64,000 nucleotides of DNA, taken from positions 108,587 to 172,586 of the forward strand of contig JBGAGQ010000006.1 in the NCBI GenBank assembly GCA_044226625.1, read 5' to 3'. Position numbers and translations under genes: made by a program. The notes under the pieces were generated by a model. That model saw only the letters and a program-made list of their open reading frames with translations. It was not told where the DNA came from and searched no databases. Position 1 is the first letter of the stretch, and every line of letters starts with the position of its first letter. Of this stretch, positions 9,425-19,696 are shown piece after piece. The stretch comes from Thermoanaerobaculia bacterium. GTDB lineage: Bacteria > Acidobacteriota > Thermoanaerobaculia > Multivoradales > UBA5704.

Positions 9425-10722
9425 GAGTCCTCGTCGTCGGCGGCGGCGGCCGCGAGCACGCGCTCTGCTGGAAGCTCCGGCAGAGCTTGAAACTCTCGCG
9501 GCTCTATTGCGCGCCGGGCAATCCGGGCATCGCCGAGGTCGCCGAGCGGGTGCCGATCGGGGCGGAGGAGATTGACCGCCTCGCCGATTTCGCGGTGGAG
9601 CGGAGGATCGACCTCACGGTCGTCGGTCCCGAAGCGCCGCTCGCGCTCGGGCTCGCCGACGAGCTCACCGCGCGCGGCCTCGCGGTCTTCGGACCGAACC
9701 GGCTCGCCGCGGAGCTCGAGGGCTCGAAGGTGTTCGCCAAACAGTTCATGGAGCGGCACGGCATCCCCACCGCGCGGTTCGCCCTGGCCGACGACGCAGA
9801 CGCGGCCCGCGCGGCACAGGCGAGCTTCGGCTTCCCGGTGGTGATCAAGGCCGACGGCCTCGCCGCGGGCAAAGGGGTCTTCCTCCCCAACGACGCCGCG
9901 GAGCTCGAGGAGGCCCTCGCCGCGATCTTCGGCGAGCGGCGGTTCGGCGACGCCGGCTCCCGCGTCGTGATCGAGGAGCATCTGCCGGGCGAAGAGGTCT
10001 CGTTCATGGCGCTTTCGGACGGCGAGCGCGTGCTTCCGCTCGCCACCGCCAAAGACTACAAGCGGATCGGCGACGACGACACCGGCCCGAACACCGGCGG
10101 GATGGGCAGCCACAGCCCTTCGGGGCTGCTCACGGCCGAGGCGGCGGCCGAGGTGGTCGAGACCATCCTGAAGCCGACGATCGCCGGCATGGCCGCCGAG
10201 GGCCGACGTTTCGTCGGGGTCCTCTACGCCGGCCTGATGCTCACCGCCGACGGGCCCAAGGTGCTCGAGTTCAACGCCCGCTTCGGCGACCCGGAGGCCC
10301 AGGTGCTCTTGATGCGCCTCGAGAACGACCTGCTCGACGTGCTCGCGGCGGGGGCGGACGGCCGGTTCGAGCTCGAACGCCTCTCCTTCCGTCCGCAAAC
10401 CGCCGCCGCGATCGTGCTCGCGAGCCCCGGCTATCCGGATCGGCCGCGGACCGGCGACGCGATCCGCGGCCTCGACCAAGCGGGGCAGGAGCCCGGCGTC
10501 CAGATCTTTCATGCCGGCACGGCGTGGAGGGATTCGGACGAGGGCGGGGCGCTGGTGAGCGCCGGAGGGCGCGTGCTGAACGTCTGCGCGATCGGCACCG
10601 ATCTCGGCGAGGCGCTCGGCCGGGCCTATGCTGCGGTCGAGGCGATCGACTGGCCCGGAAAAGCGTTCCGGCGCGACATCGGGCGGAGGGTCGCCTCGGG
10701 ATCTCGCTTCGAGCGGTCGTGA
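9421..10722 (+). CDS. purD: Phosphoribosylamine-glycine ligase
   Basis: [45 protein letters not shown]. Confidence 0.97.
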   Translation: MRVLVVGGGGREHALCWKLRQSLKLSRLYCAPGNPGIAEVAERVPIGAEEIDRLADFAVERRIDLTVVGPEAPLALGLADELTARGLAVFGPNRLAAELEGSKVFAKQFMERHGIPTARFALADDADAARAAQASFGFPVVIKADGLAAGKGVFLPNDAAELEEALAAIFGERRFGDAGSRVVIEEHLPGEEVSFMALSDGERVLPLATAKDYKRIGDDDTGPNTGGMGSHSPSGLLTAEAAAEVVETILKPTIAGMAAEGRRFVGVLYAGLMLTADGPKVLEFNARFGDPEAQVLLMRLENDLLDVLAAGADGRFELERLSFRPQTAAAIVLASPGYPDRPRTGDAIRGLDQAGQEPGVQIFHAGTAWRDSDEGGALVSAGGRVLNVCAIGTDLGEALGRAYAAVEAIDWPGKAFRRDIGRRVASGSRFERS

Positions 10723-10937
10723 TAGCGTCTTAGCGTCGCCTTCCCGATCGGCCGTAGAAATCCCGTGGGGAGGCGCCGCGCGCCACGAAACGTCCCGCGA
10801 ATGAGGTCAAATTGGCAGCGTCGATCGGAGGAGGGACGGCATCCCCTTCGATCGCCGGCAGGGATCGGCTGGTATCCATCCTGCAGGACTCGCCCGGCGA
10901 TGACGCCGCGCGCGAGAGCTTCGAAGGCGGACCCACG

Positions 10938-11684
10938 ATGAGCGGTTGTGGTGGTTGCTCGTTCAAGGGCATGTCCACGGCGGTGGAGGACGCGTTCGTC
11001 GGCGTCCGCTTCCGCGACGAAACGAACCTCACGCTGTGCAGCACCGGCGGACGGATTTTCGCCCGAGGCGAGCGGGTCGTGGTCGACCTCGAATCCGGTC
11101 CGGCCTTCGGCCATGTCGAGCAGTCGCCGATGCCGGTGTTCAAGCCGTGCCAGAAATCTTCCGCGCGGCCGATCCTACGCCCGGCCGATCAGGACGACTT
11201 CGCCTCCTTCGACCGGCAGGTGGCGAGCCAGACCGAGGCGAAGCACTTCGCCCAGGAGCGGTCCCGGGCGCTCAAGCTCGATCTCAAGATCTCCCGCGTC
11301 GACTTCGCGCTCTCGGGCAAGAAGGCGACTTTCTATTTCACCTCGGAAGGACGGATCGATTTCCGCCAGCTGGTTCGCGATCTGGCTTCGCGCTTCTCGA
11401 TCAAGGTCAAGATGGTGCAGGTCGGAGCGCGCGACGAGGCCGCGCTGCTCGGCGGGATCGGCGTCTGCGGCCGGACCCTCTGCTGCTCCACCTGGCTCAA
11501 GGACTTCCGTCCAATCTCGATTCAAATGGCCAAGCGCCAGAACCTGTCGCTCAACCCGTCGAAGATCTCCGGCCAATGTGGACGTCTCCTCTGCTGTCTC
11601 GCGTACGAGGACGACCAGTACAAGACGCAGAATCCGGACCGACGTTCTCCGCCGATCCCGAGCTACGACGACACCGCCGCCTGA
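10938..11684 (+). CDS. ricT: PSP1/RicT (YaaT) family Fe-S protein
   Basis: RIDFRQLVRDL, GARDEA..GGIGVCGRTLCC, MAKRQNLSLNPSKISGQCGRLLCCLAYE. Confidence 0.9.
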   Translation: MSGCGGCSFKGMSTAVEDAFVGVRFRDETNLTLCSTGGRIFARGERVVVDLESGPAFGHVEQSPMPVFKPCQKSSARPILRPADQDDFASFDRQVASQTEAKHFAQERSRALKLDLKISRVDFALSGKKATFYFTSEGRIDFRQLVRDLASRFSIKVKMVQVGARDEAALLGGIGVCGRTLCCSTWLKDFRPISIQMAKRQNLSLNPSKISGQCGRLLCCLAYEDDQYKTQNPDRRSPPIPSYDDTAA

Positions 11685-11698
11685 GGCGCGTTGACCCT

Positions 11699-12052
11699 AT
11701 GGCCATTCGAAAGCTGATTCGCCCCGACATGAACGAGATGAAGAAAGAGACCCCCGCTCGCAGCCTGCGCCGCAAGCAGAGCCCGCCGGAGCAGACCAAC
11801 GCCGAGGAGTTCTACTACCTCAAGCAGATGGCCGCGAAGACGCCGATCGTCGTCATCCTGGACAACGACGAAGAGCTCCGAGGCTGGATCGAGTGGTACG
11901 ACAAGGGGGCGATCAAGCTCAACCGCCACCAGGGTCCGAACCTGCTGATCCAGAAGCACCACATCCGGTACCTGTTCAAGGAAGAGGAGCTGCGCGAACA
12001 GCAGCGCGGTCGCCGGCGGTCCACCGCGGCGGCCGAGGCGCCTTCCGAGTGA
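11699..12052 (+). CDS. hfq: Divergent Hfq/Sm-fold RNA chaperone
   Basis: Sm1 (PIVVILDNDEELRGWIEWYD) and Sm2 (LLIQKHHIRY, compare YKHAI), with Arg-rich termini. Lies within the 3' end of the 10946-12052 ORF. Confidence 0.7.
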   Translation: MAIRKLIRPDMNEMKKETPARSLRRKQSPPEQTNAEEFYYLKQMAAKTPIVVILDNDEELRGWIEWYDKGAIKLNRHQGPNLLIQKHHIRYLFKEEELREQQRGRRRSTAAAEAPSE

Positions 12053-13122
12053 GCGCCCCTTCATCGGCCGGTCCGATCCTCGCTCTGACTCAAGGGGACC
12101 CGGCCGGCATCGGCCCGGAGATCCTGCTTAAGCTGCTCGCCGGGTCGCCCCCCGCGGACGGCGGTGGTTCCTTGCCGACGGCCTGGCAGCCGCTCGTGAT
12201 CGCCGAGCGCGCCGCGCTCGAAGCACTCCGTCCGTCGCTCCCCGACGCTCCCTTCGATCGGCTCGTCTACCTCGCTTCGAAGCCAGGCCGAGAGGAGCTC
12301 GCGGCCCTCGCCGCCTCGGGCGGCATTCCGGTGCTCGATCCGATCGGCGACCCGCGCCGGCCGATCGAGCTCGGACGCTCGGGTGCCAAGGACGCCGCCG
12401 GGGCGATGGCGGCGCTCGATTGCGGTATCGAGCTCGCGCGCACCGGGGAGGTCGACGCTCTGGTGACCGCGCCGATCGCGAAGAGCTCGATCGCCAAGCA
12501 CCATCGCGCCGATTTCGTCGGCCACACCGACTACCTGGCGGAGGTCTGCGGCCTCGAACGCTACGGCCGCGACTATCTGATGGCGTTCCTCGCGCCCGAT
12601 CTGCAGGTCGCCCTGCTCACCGTCCACCTGCCGCTGCGGGAGGCTCTCGACGCGGTGACCCCCGAGGCGACGCTCGAGGCGCTCCGCTGCCTGGATCGCC
12701 ACGCGGGGGGGCGCATCGCCCTCGCCGGCATGAACCCCCACGCCGGAGAGGGTGGCCTGCTCGGCGCGGAAGACGAGGCGCTGCTGGCCCCCACCGCCGC
12801 CCAGGCGCGCGGCCAAGGGATCGACGTCCATGGGCCCGAGAGCGCGGACTCGCTGTTCGCCCGCGCCCGCCAAGGGGAGTTCGACTGGGTGCTCGCGCTT
12901 TACCACGACCAAGGGCTGATCGCGGTCAAGACCGCCTGTTTCGGCCTCGCCACGAACTGGACGCTCGGCCTGCCGTTCCTTCGCACCTCGGTCGACCACG
13001 GCACCGCCTTCGGCATCGCGGGCCACGGCAAGGCCGACGCCGGACCGCTCGAAAAAGTAGTCGAGACCACTCTCGGCTTGATCGAAGGCCGGCTGCCGAG
13101 AAAATCGACGGGCTCTTCATAA
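12049..13122 (+). CDS. pdxA: 4-hydroxythreonine-4-phosphate dehydrogenase
   Basis: GDPAGIGPE, LVTAPI, GHTDYL, NPHAGEGG, YHDQGLI, RTSVDHGTAF. Confidence 0.93.
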   Translation: MSAPSSAGPILALTQGDPAGIGPEILLKLLAGSPPADGGGSLPTAWQPLVIAERAALEALRPSLPDAPFDRLVYLASKPGREELAALAASGGIPVLDPIGDPRRPIELGRSGAKDAAGAMAALDCGIELARTGEVDALVTAPIAKSSIAKHHRADFVGHTDYLAEVCGLERYGRDYLMAFLAPDLQVALLTVHLPLREALDAVTPEATLEALRCLDRHAGGRIALAGMNPHAGEGGLLGAEDEALLAPTAAQARGQGIDVHGPESADSLFARARQGEFDWVLALYHDQGLIAVKTACFGLATNWTLGLPFLRTSVDHGTAFGIAGHGKADAGPLEKVVETTLGLIEGRLPRKSTGSS

Positions 13123-13225
13123 ACCGGCGGCGCGCGCCGCGGGCGCTGCCGCCGGACTCGCGGGCAACCCGCCCCCGAATTCCAGGCCTCGGACCTTCGC
13201 GCGCGAAATCCGAGATAATCCCGTC

Positions 13226-13681
13226 ATGGCCTCCGAGACCCCAAGGCACCGAGTGGAAACCGAGCTGCGCGCCGCCATGAAGGCGGGCGAAAAAGAGCGC
13301 CTGTCGACGCTCCGCATGCTGCTCACCGAGATCAACAACGAAGAGATCAAGAACGGCGAGGTGGACGAGGCCGGATTCGTCGCCTTGGTGCGCCGCGCGA
13401 TCAAGCAGCGCGACGACGCGGCCGAGCAGTTCGACAAGGGAGGCCGGCACGAGCTGGCTGAAAAAGAGCGGCGGGAAAAGGGGATCCTCGCCGGCTATCT
13501 GCCGGCCCAGGCGGACGAAGGCGCGATCCGCGCCGCGGCCGTGGAGATCGCCGCGGCGGAAGGGCTCGCGTCGGGCGCCGGCATGGGGGCGCTCATGAAG
13601 GCCCTGCGCGAGAGGTTCGGCTCGAGCGCCGACGGAGCGACGCTCTCCCGGATCGCCAAAGAGGTCCTCTCCTCCCGCTGA
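13226..13681 (+). CDS. GatB/YqeY domain protein
   Basis: AMKAGEKERLSTLRML...KQRDDAAEQF..GGRHELAEKE...YLP...MGALMK. Confidence 0.92.
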   Translation: MASETPRHRVETELRAAMKAGEKERLSTLRMLLTEINNEEIKNGEVDEAGFVALVRRAIKQRDDAAEQFDKGGRHELAEKERREKGILAGYLPAQADEGAIRAAAVEIAAAEGLASGAGMGALMKALRERFGSSADGATLSRIAKEVLSSR

Positions 13682-15612
13682 TGGGCAGATTCCTCGTCGG
13701 CACCGCCGGCCACATCGATCACGGCAAGACCTCGCTGGTCCGGGCGCTCACCGGCATCGATTGCGACCGCTGGGCGGAGGAGAAGGCGCGCGGCATCACG
13801 ATCGACCTCGGCTTCGCCCACCTCGTCCGGGGCGACCTCGAGATCGGATTCGTCGACGTGCCGGGGCACGAGCGCTTCCTCCACAACGCGCTCGCCGGGC
13901 TCGGCGGCATCCGCGCCATGCTGCTGGTCGTGGCGGCCGACGAGGGGGTCAAGCCGCAGACGCGGGAGCACCTCGCGGTCTGCTCCCTGCTCGGCATCCC
14001 CCACGGTCTGGTCGCCCTCACCAAGGTCGACCTCGTCTCCGAGGATCTGCGCGAGCTGGCCCAGCTCGAAATCGAAGAGTTGCTCGCGAAGACCCCTTTC
14101 GCCGGCGCGCCCATCCTCCCCGTCTCGAGCTCGACCGGGGAGGGTCTCGCGGAGCTCGAAAGCGCGCTTCGATCGCTCGCCGAGCGCTCTATCCGGGAAA
14201 CCCCGGCCGGGGAGACCGATCCGGCTTCGTCCCCCGCGCGCCTGCCGATCGACCGCGCGTTCCATCTGAAGGGCCTCGGCGTCGTCGCAACCGGAACGCT
14301 CGCAAGCGGCGCGGTCCGCATCGGCGACACCCTCGAAGCGCTGCCCGGCGGCGAAAGGGTTCGGGTCCGAAGCATCCAGGTCCACGGCAAGCCGCACGAA
14401 ACGGCCGAGGCCGGCGAGCGGACTTCGCTCCAGATCGCGGGCATGCCGCTCGAGGCGCTCTCGCGCGGGCTCAACCTGGTCGAGCCCGGGACGTTCGCCG
14501 CGTCCACCCGGCTGTTGGTCCGTTTCCGGCTCCTTCCCGATGCCCCCGCGGAAATCTCCGGGTATGTGCCGATCCGCCTCCATCTCTTCGCGAGCGAGGT
14601 CTACGGCCGCCTGCGGCCGCTCGGGCCGAACTCCCTGGCACCCGGCGAGAGTGGTCTCGCTGAGGTGCGCCTCGCGGCGCCGATCGTCGCCCGGCGCGGC
14701 GACCGGTTCGTCGTCCGGCGCCCCTCTCCGGCGGCGACGCTCGGCGGCGGCGAGGTGCTCGACCCGTTCTTCCGCCCTTACCGAGGCCGGCTGCTCGCCC
14801 CGGCGCTCGCCGCGCTGGGATCGCCGGACCTGCCCACCGCGCTCGCCTTCTGGGTCCTCGAGGCGGGGGAGCGCGGCGCGGAGATCGACGACCTCGCCCG
14901 GCGCCTCGGGGTACGGCCGGCGACGATCGAGGCTCCGCTCCGGCGACTGACGAACCAGGGAAAACTGCTCGCCGTGCCGGCGGGACCCGGCCGAGACCGC
15001 CGATTCGTCGCCCCGGCCACCTACCAGCGCCTCGCCGAACGGGCGGCTCGGGTTCTGGCCGAGTATTTCGAGCGCGACCGGCTCGCCCTCTCGATCGGCA
15101 AGGCGGACGCCGTGCGGAAGATCGTCCGCGGCCGCGGCGCGGAGCTCGCCGACGTGTACCTCGATTGGCTCGGCAAGCAGAAGGTGCTGACCGTCTCGGA
15201 GGATCAGGTAACGCTTCCGGGGCGCGGCTCGCGCCTCACTTCGGAGGAGTCGGATCTCTCCACCCGGGTGCTCGCCCGGTTCGACTCCGGAGGGCTCGCT
15301 CCCCCTTCTCCGGGAGAAGTGAGCCAGGCGCTCTCGGCCAAACCGCAGATCGTCGACGGGGTGATCCGCCATCTGGTCGCCCGCGGCGAATTGGTGAAGC
15401 TCCCCTCGGGATTGATCCTCGCCGCCTCGGCGGTCGCCGATCTCAAGCGCCGTCTGATCGCGACCGGATGGCCCCGCTTTTCGGTCCCTCAGTTCAAGGA
15501 CCAGTTCGGCCTCTCGCGCAAATGGGCGATCCCGCTGCTAGAGCATCTCGATTCGACCGGCGTGACCCGTCGCCTGGGGGACGAACGGATGATCGTGCGT
15601 ACGGACGGTTGA
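13681..15612 (+). CDS. selB: Selenocysteine-specific elongation factor
   Basis: GHIDHGKT, EEKARGITIDLGF, DVPGHERF, and C-terminal winged helix LSRKWAIPLLEHLD. Confidence 0.96.
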   Translation: MGRFLVGTAGHIDHGKTSLVRALTGIDCDRWAEEKARGITIDLGFAHLVRGDLEIGFVDVPGHERFLHNALAGLGGIRAMLLVVAADEGVKPQTREHLAVCSLLGIPHGLVALTKVDLVSEDLRELAQLEIEELLAKTPFAGAPILPVSSSTGEGLAELESALRSLAERSIRETPAGETDPASSPARLPIDRAFHLKGLGVVATGTLASGAVRIGDTLEALPGGERVRVRSIQVHGKPHETAEAGERTSLQIAGMPLEALSRGLNLVEPGTFAASTRLLVRFRLLPDAPAEISGYVPIRLHLFASEVYGRLRPLGPNSLAPGESGLAEVRLAAPIVARRGDRFVVRRPSPAATLGGGEVLDPFFRPYRGRLLAPALAALGSPDLPTALAFWVLEAGERGAEIDDLARRLGVRPATIEAPLRRLTNQGKLLAVPAGPGRDRRFVAPATYQRLAERAARVLAEYFERDRLALSIGKADAVRKIVRGRGAELADVYLDWLGKQKVLTVSEDQVTLPGRGSRLTSEESDLSTRVLARFDSGGLAPPSPGEVSQALSAKPQIVDGVIRHLVARGELVKLPSGLILAASAVADLKRRLIATGWPRFSVPQFKDQFGLSRKWAIPLLEHLDSTGVTRRLGDERMIVRTDG

Positions 15613-15691
15613 TCCGCGCACCCAACCGAAGAGAAATTCGCGCCGCCGAAATTTGTTCCCAAAGACGTAGGAAGAACGAAGGGAGATCGAG

Positions 15692-16066
15692 ATGCCGACC
15701 ATCGCCGTCCTGGGAGCCTCGTCGAACCGCGCAAAGTTCGGCAACAAGTGCGTCCGCGCCTACGCCCACGCGGGATATCGGGTGTTTCCGATCAACCCCA
15801 CCGAGAAAGAGGTCGAGGGCTTCCCCGCCTTCGCCAAGCTCGCCGACGTTCCCGAGCCGCTCGATCGGATCAGCGTCTATCTGCCGCCGCCGGTGACGCT
15901 CGATTATCTGGACCAGATCGATGCCGCTCAGGCAGGGGAGGTATGGCTGAATCCCGGGGCCTACGACACGGCCGTGCTCGAAGCGGCCCGCGGCCGCGGG
16001 ATTCCGATCCGCCCCGGCTGCAGCATCGTGGACATCGGGCTTTCGCCCGCGATGTTCGGCGCGTAG
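15692..16066 (+). CDS. CoA-binding domain protein
   Basis: IAVLGASSNRAKFGN, VFPINP, VWLNPG. Confidence 0.88.
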   Translation: MPTIAVLGASSNRAKFGNKCVRAYAHAGYRVFPINPTEKEVEGFPAFAKLADVPEPLDRISVYLPPPVTLDYLDQIDAAQAGEVWLNPGAYDTAVLEAARGRGIPIRPGCSIVDIGLSPAMFGA

Positions 16067-16142
16067 GTGATACCGTAGCGGCCGACCCGCCGACCGGCCA
16101 TCCGATCCGCTCCCTGGGCCGCTCGGCAGGCTCTCCTTCCGC

Positions 16143-16961
16143 ATGCGCAAGGTCTATTTCGTCAAGTATTACGACAAGGGGTCGACCGTGATGGCCGGCG
16201 ACCAGATCGCCGAGGCGTTGCGAGCGCGGGGATATGAGGCCCGGTCGGTCTATCCGGGCGACGTCGCCTCGGTGCGCGACGCGATCCTCGTCTTCATCAA
16301 GACCTCGCGCTGGTGGCATCTCTGGCGCGCGAAGCGGAACGGCAACCGGACCGTGCTCGACGTGCAGGACACGGTGGTGTTCAAACGGCGGATCAAGAAC
16401 CGGGCCTTCTATGACGGGATGATCTGGAAGAACCGTCGCCAGGTCGAGGATTTCGCTCGACCGGGCTCGGTGAATCGAATCATCCATCACCAATGGGACC
16501 CGCGCTACGAGCCGAACCGGCTGGACGGGAACGAGATCAAGATCGCCTACGTCGGCCTCGCCCGTTCGCTCAAGCTTTGGGGCAAGCTCCCCGGCGTCGA
16601 CTGCTTCGACCGCGACTACTTCCGCCGCGCGCTCGATTACAACTGTCATCTCTCGGTGCGCGAGCCGGGGCGCGAATACCTTTACAAACCGAACTGCAAA
16701 GTTTCGACCGCCGCGGCCTGCGCCGCGAACCTGATCACTACGAAGGACGAGAGCGCGGTCGAGCTCCTCGGACCCGATTATCCGTACTACCTCGCCTCGC
16801 ATGAAGAGGCGGACGTGCTCGCGGGTCTCGAAAAAGCGCGAGCGACGTTCGGCGGACCCGAGTGGAGGGCCGGGCTCGAAACGATGCGCGAGGTCGCCGA
16901 GCTAACCTCGATCGACCGCGTGATCGACGATTATCTGACCTTCTTCGCCGAGCTGGACTGA
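16143..16961 (+). CDS. Hypothetical protein, GT-B glycosyltransferase-like
   Basis: Rossmann-like pattern; YKPNCKVSTAAAC resembles the KxxxK..EAxAxG region of GT4-like proteins (weak match). Confidence 0.5.
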   Translation: MRKVYFVKYYDKGSTVMAGDQIAEALRARGYEARSVYPGDVASVRDAILVFIKTSRWWHLWRAKRNGNRTVLDVQDTVVFKRRIKNRAFYDGMIWKNRRQVEDFARPGSVNRIIHHQWDPRYEPNRLDGNEIKIAYVGLARSLKLWGKLPGVDCFDRDYFRRALDYNCHLSVREPGREYLYKPNCKVSTAAACAANLITTKDESAVELLGPDYPYYLASHEEADVLAGLEKARATFGGPEWRAGLETMREVAELTSIDRVIDDYLTFFAELD

Positions 16962-17007
16962 AAGCGCTTCGGCCTCTAACGCTCGAGAACCTCCAAGGAG
17001 ACACGGC

Positions 17008-17418
17008 ATGGCCGTCGAAATCACCGGTCGTTACCTCGGCCACCTGAAGACGGAGATGACCCACGGGCCATCCGGCACCGAAATTCGGACCGCGGCCCCG
17101 GTCGACAACAAAGGGGACGGCAGCTCGTTCTCCCCCACCGATCTCGTCGCCGCGGCCCTCGGCTCCTGCATGGTGACCACGATGGCCATCGTCGCGGAGC
17201 GCGACGACATCCCGCTCGAAGGCATCACCTTTCGGATCGAGAAGCACATGGTGAACGACCCGCGCCGGATCGGCGCGATCCCGGTCGAGATCCAGATGCC
17301 TGCCGGGCTCACCGCCGATCAGCGACTCAAGCTCGAACGCGCGGCACATCACTGCCCCGTCCACCGGACTCTCTTGCCCGAGACGGACAAGACGGTGACC
17401 TTCGTCTATCCGGATTGA
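17008..17418 (+). CDS. OsmC family protein
   Basis: FSPTDLVAAALGSC ... AHHCPVHRTL (two conserved Cys). Confidence 0.92.
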   Translation: MAVEITGRYLGHLKTEMTHGPSGTEIRTAAPVDNKGDGSSFSPTDLVAAALGSCMVTTMAIVAERDDIPLEGITFRIEKHMVNDPRRIGAIPVEIQMPAGLTADQRLKLERAAHHCPVHRTLLPETDKTVTFVYPD

Positions 17419-17432
17419 ATGGCGAGCGCCGG

Positions 17433-18494
17433 CTAGTCTGAGGCTGGCGCGAGCGCCGCGGCGGTCGAGGTCACTTCGCGGGTAAGCGCGGCGAGACCTC
17501 GGCCAGACCGGACCGCGGAGCCGTCCGGGGAGAGCCAGGCTTCAGCGAGGCGGGCGAAGAGATCGTCGCGCCGCGCCCGGTTCCTCCGGCCGAGCTCGAC
17601 GAGGCCGCTTTCGAGCGGCCGGCGGCGCGCCGCGGACAGCTCCGCGGCCGTGGCCCCCGAAAGCGCGAGATCGAGCGTGCGCCGGGCGCGCTCGGCGCCG
17701 GCCTCCGCGGCGGTTTCCCGCAACAGCCGCTCCATCACGTGGGCGTCGTGCAGCTCCCCGAGCAGGTCCTGGAGCTGCTTCAACCGTTTGGTCGCCGCGC
17801 GCGCCGTGGGGCACTCGGCCACGAACGGCTCCAGCAGGTAGCGCAGGCGTTTGGCGACGATCCGCGCCCGGTGGGAGCCCTCCTCGTCCTCTGGAGACGC
17901 CACGGCGGCTAGATCGCTTCCGAGGCGCTCGGACAGCGCGAGCAGGGCGGCCGAGGCGACCTCGCCGAGTCGACGGGGCGGGCTCTCGGCGTCGAGCCGC
18001 ACCTCGGCCCGGTAGACCGAAAGCCGCTCGCGCAGGCGCTCGGCGAGCGGTTCGAATTCCGCGTCGATCTCCTCGACGATCTCCCCGTAGGCGCGATCGC
18101 GAACCGATTCGAGGCGGGAGCGGAGCCAGAGATATCCCGGGCGCGCGGAGGGGGGAATCGGCGCGCCGGCGGCGGTCGCCTCGAGCCAGGCGAGCGCCAC
18201 CTCGGCGTCGCGCCCTTCGCCGGTGGCTCCCGCGAGCTTCTTGAGCCGCTTGGCGAGCTTCCGGCCGACGCTTCGGCCGAGAAGATCGTCGAACGTGCCG
18301 AGCGTGCTGCGCAGGCGCCGCAAAGCGACGCGAAAATCGTGCAGCCCCTCGACGTCGTCCGGATCGGCGATGCGCGCCTTCGCCGAAGCCGCCTGATCGA
18401 GAAAGCCGAGCGCCAGGCGCCGCGCTCCTTCGTCAGGATCGCGCTCGGCCCAGACGATCGCGGGCGAAGGCGACGATTCCACCCCGTTGCTCAC
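17433..18494 (-). CDS. CHAD domain (polyphosphate-binding) protein
   Basis: LHDFRVALRRLRS, RDAEV, HRARIVAKRLRY, LQDLLGELHD. Confidence 0.92.
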   Translation of the reverse strand: MSNGVESSPSPAIVWAERDPDEGARRLALGFLDQAASAKARIADPDDVEGLHDFRVALRRLRSTLGTFDDLLGRSVGRKLAKRLKKLAGATGEGRDAEVALAWLEATAAGAPIPPSARPGYLWLRSRLESVRDRAYGEIVEEIDAEFEPLAERLRERLSVYRAEVRLDAESPPRRLGEVASAALLALSERLGSDLAAVASPEDEEGSHRARIVAKRLRYLLEPFVAECPTARAATKRLKQLQDLLGELHDAHVMERLLRETAAEAGAERARRTLDLALSGATAAELSAARRRPLESGLVELGRRNRARRDDLFARLAEAWLSPDGSAVRSGRGLAALTREVTSTAAALAPASD

Positions 18495-19018
18495 CGAGAG
18501 CTATCCTTTTTCCCCGAGCCGAGATCGCGAAGCAGCGCGGGCGAGAGCGCCCACAGGAGCAGCCCCGCCCCCTCTTCCACCCGCCCTGGAAACGCCACGC
18601 AAGCCACTCCCCCTTTCCGGAAGCGGTGGAACGGCCGATCCGCGCCGACCAGCGCGGCGAGCAACTCGGAGAGATCGGGCTCATGGCCGACGAGGGCGAT
18701 CGGATCGGCGGTCTCCAGGGCCAGCCAGGCCAGCAATTCCTCCCGTGGAGCACCCGGACGAAGCGGTTCGATCTCTCGCACCAGCGGCGGCCGTCGCAGC
18801 CCGGACTCGGTATAGGCGACTTCCACGATCGCCCCGGTCGCAACCGAACGAACGAGCGGGCTCGTCGCGAGCAGCTCGATCGAAGGAACCGCCGCGCGCA
18901 GCCCCCGCGCCGCGCGGCGCATCTTCTTCACGCCCTCCTCGGTCAGCGGGCGCAGATCGTCCGCCTCGATCTCGGTGCGATCGACCGCGATGGCGTGACG
19001 GATCAGGAGGAGGTTCAT
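18491..19018 (-). CDS. sixA: Phosphohistidine phosphatase SixA
   Basis: LIRHAIA, RPLTEEG, TSPLVR, LVGHEP. Confidence 0.88.
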   Translation of the reverse strand: MNLLLIRHAIAVDRTEIEADDLRPLTEEGVKKMRRAARGLRAAVPSIELLATSPLVRSVATGAIVEVAYTESGLRRPPLVREIEPLRPGAPREELLAWLALETADPIALVGHEPDLSELLAALVGADRPFHRFRKGGVACVAFPGRVEEGAGLLLWALSPALLRDLGSGKKDSSR

Positions 19019-19061
19019 GAGGCGGGCGGGACCACGGCAACGAGCGAATTGGGTGGACGTC

Positions 19062-19660
19062 TCAGCTGCCTAGGCCCAACTCTTCGAGCGACGACGCTTC
19101 GAAGATTCGATCCGCGAGCAGATCCAGTTGATCGTGGGAGTCGATCGCTTCGATTCGCTTTTCGACCGCCGCGGAAACCGAGCCGAATCGCCTCCGGATC
19201 TGGCGAAGAAGGGTATTTCGGCTCCGCTCGAGACCCTGGCGAAGTCCCTGCTCCAGACCTCGCTGCATGAACTTGGCTTCCAACTTCTCTTCCCACGTGG
19301 TTTCCATGGCCTCGACCTCCGGAGTCGTTTCGGCACGGCGCAAAGCGGCGTACCTTTCCGCCTCGCTCCCGGTCAATTGTAAGTAGGTTTCGACACAGTT
19401 GGCCAACAGGAAGCGCTCGACCTCGCCGACCGGCGCGGTCGCGATCTTCTGGAGCAGCCGGAGCTTTAGGCGGGCCGCTCCCATCTCGCACCTCACGCTC
19501 GAGCACGCGTTCGACGTGGTCCGACCACGAAGCGCCCGGCGGTCCGCCGCGAAGAAAGACGACCACCGACAGCGCCGGCCCCGAATGTCGAAGGTATAGG
19601 CAGCAGGTCGTGAAAAAAGCTGCGAAACAGATCCTTGAACAGCTGGTCGTGGCGGGTCAT
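19062..19660 (-). pseudogene. Rpn/YhgA-like (PD-(D/E)XK) nuclease / putative transposase remnant with DUF4351 tail
   Basis: Three segments in different frames: MTRHDQLFKDLFRSFFHDLL (from 19660), YLRHSGPALSVVVFLRGGPPG, and the C-terminal ETYLQL...GLEQG...LLRQIRRRFG...SLEEL. Much shorter than an intact member. Confidence 0.75.
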
Positions 19661-19696
19661 GTAGGCACGTTCCTCCTGACCCGCTTAAGACGGAAC

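Noticed and set aside
13681-17418. tRNA-Sec, selA/selD or UGA-recoded selenoprotein near selB
   Set aside because: No tRNA fold found, and no neighbouring gene appeared to be interrupted by an in-frame UGA.
17433-19018. CHAD-sixA pair as a novel system
   Set aside because: A well-known polyphosphate-associated gene pairing.
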